From assembly GCF_006345805.1 (NCBI RefSeq), contig NC_042999.1, positions 57,288,001 through 57,352,000 on the forward strand: 64,000 bases of DNA, given 5' to 3'. Shown here piece by piece: positions 52,380 to 64,000 of the stretch. How positions within the stretch are numbered: the first letter of the stretch is position 1; the number at the start of each line of letters is the position of its first letter. The notes under the pieces are model-generated. The model was given only the letters and a program-made list of their open reading frames with translations, was not told the DNA's origin and did not search any database. The DNA is from Octopus sinensis (Eukaryota). A program made the position numbers and the translations under genes.

Positions 52380-52537
52380 TTCTTCGGGGAATGATCTCCC
52401 TTTGCAGGATAGAGGACACCGTGATGGTGTCAAGCCTATCTGGTGACGTTGATGATCGCCTGGGGCTAAATGCATCAGTTACACCCCCACCCCCTTGCCC
52501 TGTCCCTAGCCACATTCAAATGGCTAATGTCCCTTTT

Positions 52538-52703
<166 letters not shown>

Positions 52704-52717
52704 TCACACACACACGT

Positions 52718-53023
52718 GGAGGCGCAATGGCCCAGTGGTTAGGGCAGCGGACTCACGGTCGTAGGATCGCGGTTTCGATTCCCAGACCAGGCGTTGTGAG
52801 TGTTTATTGAGCGAAAACACCTAAAGCTCCACAAGGCTCCAGCAGGGGATGGTGGCGATCCCTGCTGTACTCTTTCGCTACAACTTTCTCTCTCTCACTC
52901 TTTCTTCTGTTGGCCTGCTCGCTTAGCCAGCGGGATGGCGTCATTTGAAGGCTAAAACAATGCGAAGCACATTGTGACTAGCGATGTGTAGCAACATCTG
53001 ATAGCCTGGTCGATCACGGTGAT
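52718..53023 (+). mobile_element. tRNA-derived SINE (family B2), full length
   Basis: Near-identical to 40473-40754. Confidence 0.88.
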
Positions 53024-54544
53024 ATTAATATACATACATATATATATATATATACATACATATATATATACATCTGTATATATATATTTATACATATATA
53101 TATATACATACGTATATATATATATAGATATATATATATACGTATATAGATATATATACTTATATATATATATATACATACATACATATATATACACATA
53201 TATATATATACATACATATATATATGTATGTGTGTGTATATGTATATATACATACATACATACATACATACATACATACATACATACATACATAGAGTAG
53301 CCAAAAATTCGCTCTACTATTTAATTGATACAAATTTATTTAATGGTAGCTTTAATTTTGGGTCACTCTTCATATGTATATGTAACGTTGGTATGTGACA
53401 AGGGGCCACTAAAATTGCAATGATAATATGCAAATTTTAGCAGGTCGGTATCACGAGAATTGTAACGATTAAATGCAGATATTTGCTCGTCGGCGTCACC
53501 AAAACTGTGCCGAATTTATACGTAGCAAATACATTGAGAGGAAGAAAGATATTAGTTGTCGCTGTAATGTAAGATACAACTTCAAGTTGTTGTAGTACAA
53601 TGGTTATTTTCAGTACTGATATCCATTCTTTAAGTATTAAAATTCATCTGTGAGTGATTTTATGAGAGAAAAAGTGTATAGACAAGTAGAGAGAGCGAAA
53701 GTTATATGTTCCGTCTTTGACAACTCATTACTGAAGGAAGAAGCGGGATGTTCTACAACGATCGTCCAGGAAGAGGTAGAACCGAAGTTGAGTATTGTAT
53801 TTATATGTGTTAACAGAGCTGGATGTAGGTCAGAGAACAATGGTAGTAATGGCTTTATCTCTCTTGAACTGTATTTAACCCCAAACTATTAACTCAAACA
53901 ATAGAACTTAACTAAGTGTGACTGATGACTCATAAATTTCTCTGTGCAAAAATCGAAAACAATTGCAAAGAGACCGTAAAAAAATGTAGATTTTCGTCTA
54001 AGAAAGTTTGTCTAAAAAAAAACAGACGAACAATAATAAGAAAAATTGCAGAAATATGCAGTAAACGAAAATCAAAGAACGTTCGAAATTGTGAATTGAA
54101 AATGTGAAGTAATTGCTGGATGAAGTTGCAAGGCCAGAAAAATCGTAGATATCAGAAGTGAGAATATGATGTGATGTGTATAGGACAAATATCTATTTGA
54201 GTGGAGTCAAATAGCATGCAATGTCGCTTCAGTGCAAAGAATGCAGTCTGTGTTTCATACGTGTCGGCTTCAGAGCAGCGTTAAGTAACCGTGCGCGTGA
54301 TTCGGTAACGGAGTGCGTATACATGTGCGAGAGAAGAGTGCAGCTGTCGGCTTTCATTGAAAGGAGCTGATGTGGGAGAGTGCACTCTCAATCTTTGGTA
54401 TAATTGGAATATTTCTGGAATATTTCTGGCAGAAGTGTTGCACTGTGTGGTAAGTGCCTAAAAAGAAGTACAGTGGCCTAGAGTGTCTGGCGATGTGGTC
54501 GTGTGCAACTGCTGTGAATAGGCGTAGGAGATGCTGTGTGGTAA

Positions 54545-56005
54545 GTAGCCACTCCTACAACATCGTTCATTGGATGTTTCGACCCCGAATCGTAACAACC
54601 TCCCGTTGATGGGTCAACAAAGGTGGCCAAGTCACTGCTCTTTCAGCTGCCTTTCCCGTCCTGCGTACAGCCACCCTTCGCTCCTTTCTCCTCATTCCAA
54701 TGGCTGTAAGCATCCTCCATGCCGACTGAGCAGGGAATACCCTACAGTCAACTTCGACTAGGAAAAGCCACTGATATCCTTTGTCCTTGCAATCCTGCAG
54801 AAGGCTCTCATATTTGGCACGCTTCCGCTCATGGACTTCATCACCCCCCTCTTCCCACGGGACTGTGAGTTCAATTAAGATCATTTTTTGGTCTTCTGAG
54901 ACCACAGAACCACATCTGGCCTCAGATGACCTGGGAAAACTGCAGTCTCTCCCTAGATCCACTTTCATATCCCATGGTTGAGATCCATGCAGTAAGCTAT
55001 ATGTTGTTTTTTTTTTCTGACTTTTCAAGCCTCTTTCCTCTTTTACGAACTTAATTGCTGCAGTTACTTTCCCCCTCTTTCTCGAGCCTTTCCTGCTCCA
55101 GATTGTGAGAAAGTGCTATTCTGCACCTTGAGAAGATGTGTGCCAGTGTGTCCCTTTCTCCACAAGGTCTACACGGCTGGTCTTCCCTAAAATCCTATCT
55201 GAGCAGGTTTGTTGACGTCAGGAGTGTATCACAGCGTCCGCAGCAAGGAGATTCGGAAAGGTTCCAGGTCCATGTGACCTTCCTCTTAGCAGTGTCCTAT
55301 TTAGTCCAGGCACCCTGAGATACCAGTTCTACATCTCTTGATTTTCTTCTTTCTTCCTCCTGGTACCGCACTGATGCCTGGATTGTGGCCCTCCTCTCCC
55401 TAATGTCTACCTTATTCCATTGTTGGAAACAAGAAGAACCGGGTCCCTGGTGACCTATGCATGTAAATCCAGTGATGCCACGTAGCTCCAGCGTGCCTTC
55501 AGCCTGGGCGACAGCGGTGATAGCTACCCACTTTGTTGTAAAACCTGCATATCTGACAAGTTCATCCTTCGAGTCCCTGTACATTATTGCAACGTTACAT
55601 TTTGCTACCTTAGATTATTTCACCACGGATGACAGGAAAAGTTGTAACTGTCCATATCTGATGTACAGACCTATTGAAGTCAAGCCTGGAGAACACCTCG
55701 CCACCATCTTTGGAGGTATTTATCTTCCTCCCACCCTTTCCATACTTGTCATTGGAATATCATACAGCGTCAATAACCATATGAGTCTTGGAAGCAGTCC
55801 CTTTTGGTAGAACCAAGCCCTATATTTTCCTGGAAGCTCTAATCTTTCAATCCTTCTCAACCACTCCTCTGCTTGTTTCACAGTATTGGTGACATTGTTT
55901 CTGTCTGAGAGCGATTTGTCAAACATCTTTCCAATTCATTTCATCGGATTTTCCGCTATTGATGGAATGGCCTCTCCTTGCACTCGCAGCTTGATTCTGT
56001 GAGGT
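54545..56005 (-). mobile_element. Second, divergent HERO-like LINE; 5'-truncated and decayed
   Basis: LPGKYRAWFYQKGLLPRLIW; QGAWTK; IELTVPWEE..ERKRAKY..VEVDCRVF..AAERA; 5' end abuts (CA)n. Confidence 0.85.
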
Positions 56006-57279
56006 GTATTCACACACACACACACAACACACACACACACACACACACACACATATGTATGTATAGATATGTATACATACATGTATTTATATATGTATTT
56101 ATATATCACTTCTATTTGTTAAAGCATGCCACAGGAAATAATCGCTTTCGTTAAGTATGGGCCATCTTTCAAATTGGAAATGCATTTCCGTATGTATAAA
56201 TGCTATGCGTATTTGCACACATCAGTGAGTGCATAAACATGTTTGTAGGTGTGTGAGTGTTTATGGTGGGGCAAAGCGAGAGAGTAATGAAAATGAAAGC
56301 ATTTTGCGGTCAAATATGTTCACACTATTTTTGCATTTGATCGTCACTTGAATGACAAACATTGCCAGAAAGTCAAAGTGTACTAAACTATGAAAATAAA
56401 AGCTCATTACCTATATTAAAACATTGTGAGAAAATTAAAGCCTTTAATATTAAAAAGTTGGCTACAAAATGAATATAAACCTTAATTTTTATTTTTCAAA
56501 TTGAATTTTGAAGACCTTAGAATCACTGAATACCGTAAACTGCTCATTGTGTCCATGCTTTAAAACGGGGTTTGTCGTACTCGAATGGCCAATATAAAAG
56601 TTGTAGTGTAAAATTTACAACATTTATATTTTTATTCCATTTTTTATTTATGCATTTGTAGTGTGAATTTACTGAGCCAATGAAAAAGACGGCATAGTGT
56701 GCACTGGAATGTTTTGGTCATAGGTCCACTCGATGGAGACTAATTCGGAAATAAAAACTAAACAACAAATAACACTAATAACTCGACCAAGTTTGACCTG
56801 TGGCTGAATAACAACAACAATAAATTTTAAAAAAAACAAATGGAGTACTGAAATAAACAGGAAATAACTTTTTAACATTCAGTGAGTCAGAGACTAAAAT
56901 GTTAATTCTTAATTGATATTATAAAGGTGAACAATCTCTATAAGCAGTTAAGACGGAATTGCATTACTTCAATTGACGCACCGCCTACACCGATATTTTA
57001 ATCTTCTTAACATTCAGTCATTAATCCGACATTAGGGCAAACACGATATTTTTCAAATATCAAGCAAAAGAAAAACAAAAAAAAAACAATAGTACAACAA
57101 AAAAAATTATAGCTGAATCATAAACAAACAAAACAAAATAAAACAAAATCAAATCTAAGGAGTGAAAGTAAATATTTTTTTCCAATTGTTTAAACCGTTC
57201 TTCCATTTTTTTAAAAATCCCTTTGTTTTCTCGGAGAAAATATACAGATAATCCTTTCTCAAATCGGCTTTCGATCTAA

Positions 57280-58005
57280 CAAGTCAGTTGAAGAACAGCA
57301 AGCATATAATACTAAATCGACGGATTGTCACAAAGAAGACAGTGTTCGAGCTGAGCGTTACAGCAGGGATTTTCTTTAATGAAACAGCATTAGCTAGTGT
57401 TCTTTCTTTTCTCTAGTAAACTACTTACATGTACGGTGCAGGCCCTACACCGTACAAGTAAGTTTATTTTCATTTATTCATGTAGAAGCACCAGCCAAAT
57501 ACTAGCTTGAGCTCATTGAGCTTCAAAGTAGAGAATCTTTGAAAAACTTATCATAGAGAACATGCCATTTTTGACTTTTAGAAGAAATTGCATTCTTTCA
57601 ATGAATTTGATCAAATTGCCAACTTAGCCAGAAAACTATTGTGCATGTGGGCTAGTACATACTGCTGTGAACAATTTTTTCGTGTATGAAAAATATCAAA
57701 ACTGCTGAAAGAAATAAGCTGAGTGATTGCCATTCTTAGAATAAAGAATAGTACCATAAAAGCAGATAATGAGAAAATCATAAAAGGAACGCAATGTCAA
57801 AAATCACATTGATTTTATTTTGTGTAAGTGTAATTTCGTATTTACTGTCAACAGCACATTATTTTGTATTTATATTTGTTAATTAAAAAATTTATACACT
57901 ATATTTTGAACTTCTTAAAAGTTAATTTCTAAGTACCTTTGTGGCCCAGTGAATATATTTAAATTTATAATCTGGCCCACTAGGAAAGAAGGTTGGACAT
58001 CCCTG
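57280..58005 (+). mobile_element. hAT (SPIN/GTF2IRD2-like) transposon 3' end
   Basis: STYCCEQFF..MK..K..R..L.D...QCQKSH*; terminal GTTGGACATCCCTG. Confidence 0.7.
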
Positions 58006-58796
58006 GTGTAGGGTCAAGTAAACTACTTAGATGCGTAGAATAACATCTGGAATTCAGAACGATGGCTGATGGTCTGAGTCAGCAGCAATTGACCAATATT
58101 AGTGATCATAGGAGAATATGAAGAGTTCATTTGTAGTTAAGAGTAAACAAAATTTAACATTAGGAACTTTGTCTATCATCTTCTGAAAGGACATGGACTT
58201 ACACGTTAGACTGGATACTCCTCGACGTATCTGAAGTTATCACTCTTTCCTATGAACCCACCCGTTCATTTCCATTTTAAAAAGCCACCATGTCTCATTT
58301 TTTCCAACAAGAACAATGATGAATCAACGAAGAGTTCGCAACATTGTTGATTGACCTTGTATAAATAGCAGCCAAATTTGTATCATTCCCTATTGACTTT
58401 AAAAAAAATGGGACTCACATTATATTATATAGTGATAGATACATCATAGCAGAAAAAGTAGACAGGATGGTCAAGAGAAAGCTCAAGGAAGGAGTGTATT
58501 TGGCCATAGGTCTACTCATTAGGGCACAATGTGCAATGACATACTTATGCATCCATGTTCTGTTTTTATTTTTTATTCTTTTACTAAAATTGTTCATTTT
58601 TTGTATATATTTGCGCAGGAGTTCTTTGCAGCTTGGAACAGTAAATTTCAAAATTCAACATCAAGGTTTCTTGAACTTCGTAGTCAAATCTTCAGGAAAA
58701 AATTAAAACTGTCTCATACATACATTCACACTCATACGCAGACAGACAGACACACACACATACATACATACATACATACATACATACATACATACA

Positions 58797-58828
<32 letters not shown>

Positions 58829-58847
58829 AGTATATAGGTATGTAGCC

Positions 58848-59012
58848 GCAGGCGTGGCTGTGTGGTAAGAAGCTTGCTTCCAAACCACATGGATCCAGGT
58901 TCAATCCTACTGCGTGACACCTTGGGCAAGTGTCTTCTACTATCTCTTCGGGCCGACCAAAGCTTTGTGAGTGGATTTGGCAGACGGAAACTGAAAGACA
59001 TCCGTCGTATAC
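58848..59012 (+). mobile_element. Family C SINE 5' part
   Basis: GCAGGCGTGGCTGTGTGGTAAGAAGCTTGC...GAAAGACATCCGTCG. Confidence 0.85.
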
Positions 59013-59027
59013 ATACGTATATATACA

Positions 59028-59065
<38 letters not shown>

Positions 59066-59098
59066 ATATATATAATATTATATATATATAATATATAT

Positions 59099-59134
<36 letters not shown>

Positions 59135-59156
59135 CATAATATATATATATATATAA

Positions 59157-59492
59157 CGGACTCAGATGCCTCACTTATGTAGGGCATCATGCTCAAGATT
59201 GTCTTTGCGTGTCTCCAACCATTACGCAACTTTTCGGGACGTGAACAAGCGCCAGACCACGGGACTCAGTAAGCTAATATGGCGACTGAAGGATGCGAAC
59301 TTAAGCTATAGGCTGGAATGGTCAATTTTGTCGGTGGCCCTCCCATTTGATAGGGGCAGAAGACAGTGCAACCTGTGTGTCTCCGAACTCTTCCATATTT
59401 TGTTTGCCAGAGGCCGGATGGTAAACGGGCTCTTACAGTCGGCTTTTCGATGCCCCTATTGGCGGCGTTACACTTATCTGGCCTTTAAATAG
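59157..59492 (+). pseudogene. Penelope-like element GIY-YIG endonuclease C-terminal fragment
   Basis: NHYATFR..TGLSKLIWRLKD...WSILSVALPF....CNLCVSE..IL....N......CPY matches the PLE C-terminal pattern NH..F..T.LS..IW.LK..W.IL..C.LC..E. Confidence 0.75.
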
Positions 59493-60390
59493 CGTTTATA
59501 AATAATACCGGCACCCATAGCCCTTGGTAACAAATTCTGAAATAGCCTTTAAGATATCTACGATTAACCACTGCAAGGGGAATTACTCCTGTAAGACAAA
59601 CGGGGCTTGGTTTTCTCACAGCGGGGGGTTTCCTTGTCAAGGCAGGCTTAGATGAACACACACACACATAAAACATAATATATATATATATTTTTTTATT
59701 TTTTTTCTTTCTGCCACCCAACGGTTATCACGGCAGTAGCCACTGACAGCCGAACGATCAAACGCACACACGTACACAAAAAATGTTTTCTACCCCTACG
59801 CCAACACACACATATATAGAACAGTATACACACACACACGTCTCTAAGTAGATTTTTTCTCGCCCCTTATAAAACATCCAATATTCCTTAAATAGTCAGA
59901 ACTTTATTCTCGGTCACAAAGAACATCTATACACCCTCACCCACATGATTGACCGATGCCTGACCCGTTGAATTCTTCAGCCACCGGTTCTCAACATACA
60001 CTGATAAACAGTTTCGCCATGGGCTCTTAGGAGCACAGTTCGATTTGTTTTTTGCTCCGCCTCTGTTCTGTTTTTGTTTTTCCAACGGATTTCCTTTTTT
60101 CTTCCTGAAGAGAAAGACACAATATGGTCCCATTATTCAATCGGATTTTGGTAATTTGTGCCTTTCGAAACACGTGTAGAATGAAAAAAACGATTTCTGT
60201 TCAATCTGCGTTCAGCTCCATTTCTTCAATTCACCAATAATGTTTTAATTTCAATTATCCGCACCAACGCACGGTTGCAACGCCAGATGGTTGTACCTCC
60301 AACCGTGCTGTTTACTGCTGTGATTTTTGCTACTAAGGTATCGGTTAAACTTTTGATTAATCTACTACAAGATTATTCATCTTTCTATTT

Positions 60391-60479
<89 letters not shown>

Positions 60480-60615
60480 AGTGGTTATAATAAAATATTC
60501 GTATATACTATCGGTATCCGTTACCCGTATTAAAATAAGTTTAAAAAAAGCTATAATGTGGTCCAATCGATGTGTTTGTAAATTCTGAGGTTTTCTCCAT
60601 TTTCTGATATATATA

Positions 60616-60679
<64 letters not shown>

Positions 60680-60689
60680 TTGTGCGTTT

Positions 60690-60880
60690 CTGTTTGTCCA
60701 CCCACTATCGCTTGACAACCGATGCTGGTGTGTTTACATCCCCGTAACTTAGCGGTTCGGCAAAGGAGATCGATAGAATAAGTACTAGGCTTACAAAGAC
60801 TAAGTCCTGACGTCGATTTGCTCGACTAAAGGTGGTGCTCCAGCATGGCCGCAGTCAAATGACTGAAATATAAAAGAATA
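60690..60880 (+). mobile_element. Family C SINE 3' part (another tail at about 61005-61050)
   Basis: CGCTTGACAACCGATGCTGG...GCTCCAGCATGGCCGCAGTCAAATGACTGAAA. Confidence 0.85.
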
Positions 60881-60927
60881 TAGTTTCTTTTACTACCTCT
60901 CCCACACACATATATATAATATATGCA

Positions 60928-60988
<61 letters not shown>

Positions 60989-61066
60989 ATATAATATATA
61001 TTGCTCCAGCATGGCCACAGTCAAATGACTGAAACAAGTAAAAGAGAGTAAAAGATATATATATAT

Positions 61067-61109
<43 letters not shown>

Positions 61110-62229
61110 GTCGTTGGATTGCGGGTGACAAAAACAAATTCATCTTTAAAACTTAAGAAAAGTCTTGCATATATTTATTATTCCACAAACAGATTGTATT
61201 TATAACATGCGAATTAGTTTGTTGATTTTTTTTTTCTGAACATAGCGGCTTATCATGATTGTCACTTCAGCATTTACGCACAAATTATTATTGGTATAAA
61301 TAAGAATTTATAATCTGGATATAGAATCTGGTGGCTTCGAAACAGTTCCTCACAGTTGTCCTCTTTCTCTTTGACTTTCAAAGAGATATTCACATCAGCA
61401 GGACAGCTGACCTCTATGGCGGAATATACCTTTTATTCTTGTCCCAAACAACAATATCCGGCCCGTTATATTTATATTCGACAGAATTTTTATGGGAATG
61501 ATGTTTAGGTAAGTATTTAATAACAAGGGGATTCTCTACATTTATTCTAGGACAGGCTATTTTTCCCCAATTGCATTGTATATTGTTTCACCGTCAACGT
61601 AGTATTGCTTAGGTAGGCAGTACTTAGATGATACTTTTGGGAAGCTGCTAATCACACGTGTGATATGGTTTACGGAAATATAACATACATTTTTGGGATC
61701 TTTCCTGTTTGGTTGCCAGCGGCTGCAAGCGTCAATTTTCTGTTCGAAATGATTTCATATTCAGTTTAATGATACCCTTTTATAGACTAATTAATGACCT
61801 GAAATTAATTTTCGATATAAATCAATAAATAAAGAGTTACTAGTAATTAAAGTTTGAACATTTTGTTAACTTTAGCCAATCGTAAGCTACAGACAAATTC
61901 ATGTCTGTTTCGATAGTAAGAAGCAGAAACATGAGAACTATTTTGCCTGTTACCATAGTAACAGTCTTTGAATAAGATTTATTTACATGAAAGAAAATTA
62001 CCGGCGACATAACACGTGTTGTTTACAAATATTGACAACACGTGTTATTTTCAGGATGTTGACAACAAAATGTGCAGTCAGCAAAAATGACAACTTCCAA
62101 ATCCTGTTTCCTGACTGGGTGAAAATAATCAAACTTTAAACCTCCATAACTTTTTTAAAACGTTTTTCTGGAAAAATGAAATAACTCCAGCAATTCAGTT
62201 TTGGCAAGTGTTGTGCCAAATTTTGAAAT

Positions 62230-63000
62230 TTTCGGTAAACTTTAATTTTTGGAGCTGCTGGCAACCAAAACGAAAAGATCCCATTTTCGGTTGCATCTTG
62301 GCACTCCAAGAGTTTCACTGTCTTTTTTGTTTACTCGGTATACCGTAGCAATCTCCTGTTCTTGGAGTGCAAATGTATAGTCCTTGAAGTGTCATGTAGT
62401 GGTCACGAAACCAAAAGAAGCTGTACTTCCTGACGCTATTATTTTTTTCAAATCTATGCAGTGTCTTCTTTTTTTGTTTTTGTTTTTTTTTTCTTTTTCC
62501 AGGTCTTCTTTAAGGCATATTACTTCTGCTGTTTCGGGGCTGTACGATAGGTCATCAGGAAGAGAGTACTTCCTGAAGAGCTCACTGTCGACACAGGATG
62601 TTGTTCTCTTCATTTTTCAGCACTAAGTTTATGTGTTTATTTTTGCTGCTATTGTTTAGCAGGTGCTGTCTGAGAGAGACTATACGACATCCGAAGACTG
62701 ATCCCAAGTCTCCACCTCCTGCATCTTTTGTTTGGTAGAGCCTATCTTTATCGCTGTTTCTGTGGGAGCTTCCAGTTGATGCCAGGGTCTTACAGGTTTT
62801 AATATCTATAAAGTGGATTTCTTCTACAGATCAGTCAAGTACCCTAAGTGTTGGAATCAGCAGTGGTACCGCAAATACATTGTGGGATGTTGTCTTGTTG
62901 TAAGAGGAGAGATCCGTCTGCCATATTTTTCTAAGTCTGGTAAAATATTCTCAGGTCACTCTATCTTCATTCATGGCACTTTCTTAAATGTTTTCATCCG
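62230..63000 (-). mobile_element. R4/Dong-like LINE remnant
   Basis: TLASTGS.HRNSDKDRLYQ..GG..RIVSLRQHL; HFKDYTFALQEQEIAT. Confidence 0.6.
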
Positions 63001-63519
63001 TGTCTAGGTATGTAAATATGTATGTGAATATTTGTGTCAACTCAGGAGTGCTACTGAAGACAGATAAGTAGTCCAGTACATGTCGCATGGACAGGTAGTT
63101 GGTAACTAAATCGGTTTGCGTGGAGAGGAGTTGCTAGGAACCCATAACAAAAACAAAACAAAACCACCGAAAGGATGGATGAACCCAACGACTATCTAGA
63201 CCAGTGGCTTTCAACAATTTTTTATCTATGGACCATTTTGGTTCCTGTTTTACTCGAATGGACCTTCATAGTCACCCGATGTTTGAAAAATCCTATTATA
63301 TTTTCATAATTAAATATTATTAGGAAGTGTATAAAGATTTGTTAAAATACTTTGTGCATTGTAGAAGCATAACTAACTTACTGCACATAAATTGTTGTTG
63401 GCATACTTTTGTCTCGGGAGACAATGGAGTTGCGCATAAAATAATCCAGCCTGGTTTTTAAATTTTATGTCCTTTACATTTGCTGTGGCTGTGTAGTCCT
63501 ATCCTGGACAAACACTCCC

Positions 63520-64000
63520 TCTGGTAGGTGACGCAGATGTAGCAAAGACTTTGCCTGGCTGGTTGTAATGTCATAGTTTCTTGTTGACGTCATTTCTTGT
63601 CATTCCATTTCTCCTCTCTCCCTCTGTCACTCCTCTGTGTTCCCTCTTCTATGGTACGTCGCCAATCTCCACGGTTGCTGGCAACTGCTTCCCAGTTGCT
63701 AATATAGATGTCGTAGGCCTTCATGTCCCTTTTGCAGACATCCTTGTACCGTAAGAACGGTCTTCCCACAGACCTAGTGCCCCTAGCAAGCTCTCCTTGA
63801 GAATTCTGCCATCTTCCATACGACTAACATGTCCAAACCATCTCATACGTCTTTGTGTGAGGAGTGCAAACATGTTTGGTATTCCTGCTTGCTTGAGGAC
63901 ATCTTTGTTGGGGACACGATCCTGACATTTGATGCGAAGGATTTTCCGGAGGCAGCGCAGGTGAAAGATATTTAGGCGACATAAATTGTAATAACAAGAT
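63520..64000 (-). mobile_element. RTE/BovB-like LINE 3' end (continues past the window edge)
   Basis: FHLRCLRKILRIKCQDRVPN..VL..RRMRWFGHVSRMEDGR..GRP..RYKDVCKRD. Confidence 0.88.

Noticed and set aside
53650-53892. 80-aa ORF as a host exon (also 46927-47379)
   Set aside because: No recognisable domain or supporting splice pattern
59974-60016. GAAAC-stem-CTGAAGA (type II-like order) on the minus strand
   Set aside because: G at position 17, and no stem I or stem II pairing

Overview
AT-rich, microsatellite-dense animal genomic DNA with no recognisable host gene, rRNA or true tRNA. The SINE repertoire looks like octopus/cephalopod (inferred from remembered repeat families, not a search). The window is mostly transposon debris: several tRNA-derived SINE families; R4/Dong-, RTE-, CR1/L2- and HERO-like LINEs; Tc1/mariner, hAT and Helitron remnants; and a Penelope-like GIY-YIG fragment. 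Two signals stand out. (1) Type I hammerhead-ribozyme folds from four apparently unrelated short elements: 19.25 kb, 20.24 kb (core intact, in a 349-bp unit with terminal direct repeats), 39.8 kb, and 52.05/52.35 kb (in a 357-bp tandem and fold-back unit). A related fold-back copy at 40.2 kb breaks at the predicted cleavage site. Together these suggest retrozyme-like or Penelope pLTR-derived elements, mostly in microsatellites. (2) A near-intact HERO-like LINE (41.4-44.7 kb, two nonsense codons, no frameshift). Its 5' leader has four tandem hairpins with an identical GAAAGA loop and fully co-varying stems, and its 3' UTR has a pseudoknot-like fold mirrored in a second, divergent HERO-like copy. 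All structures were folded by eye and TE boundaries are approximate.
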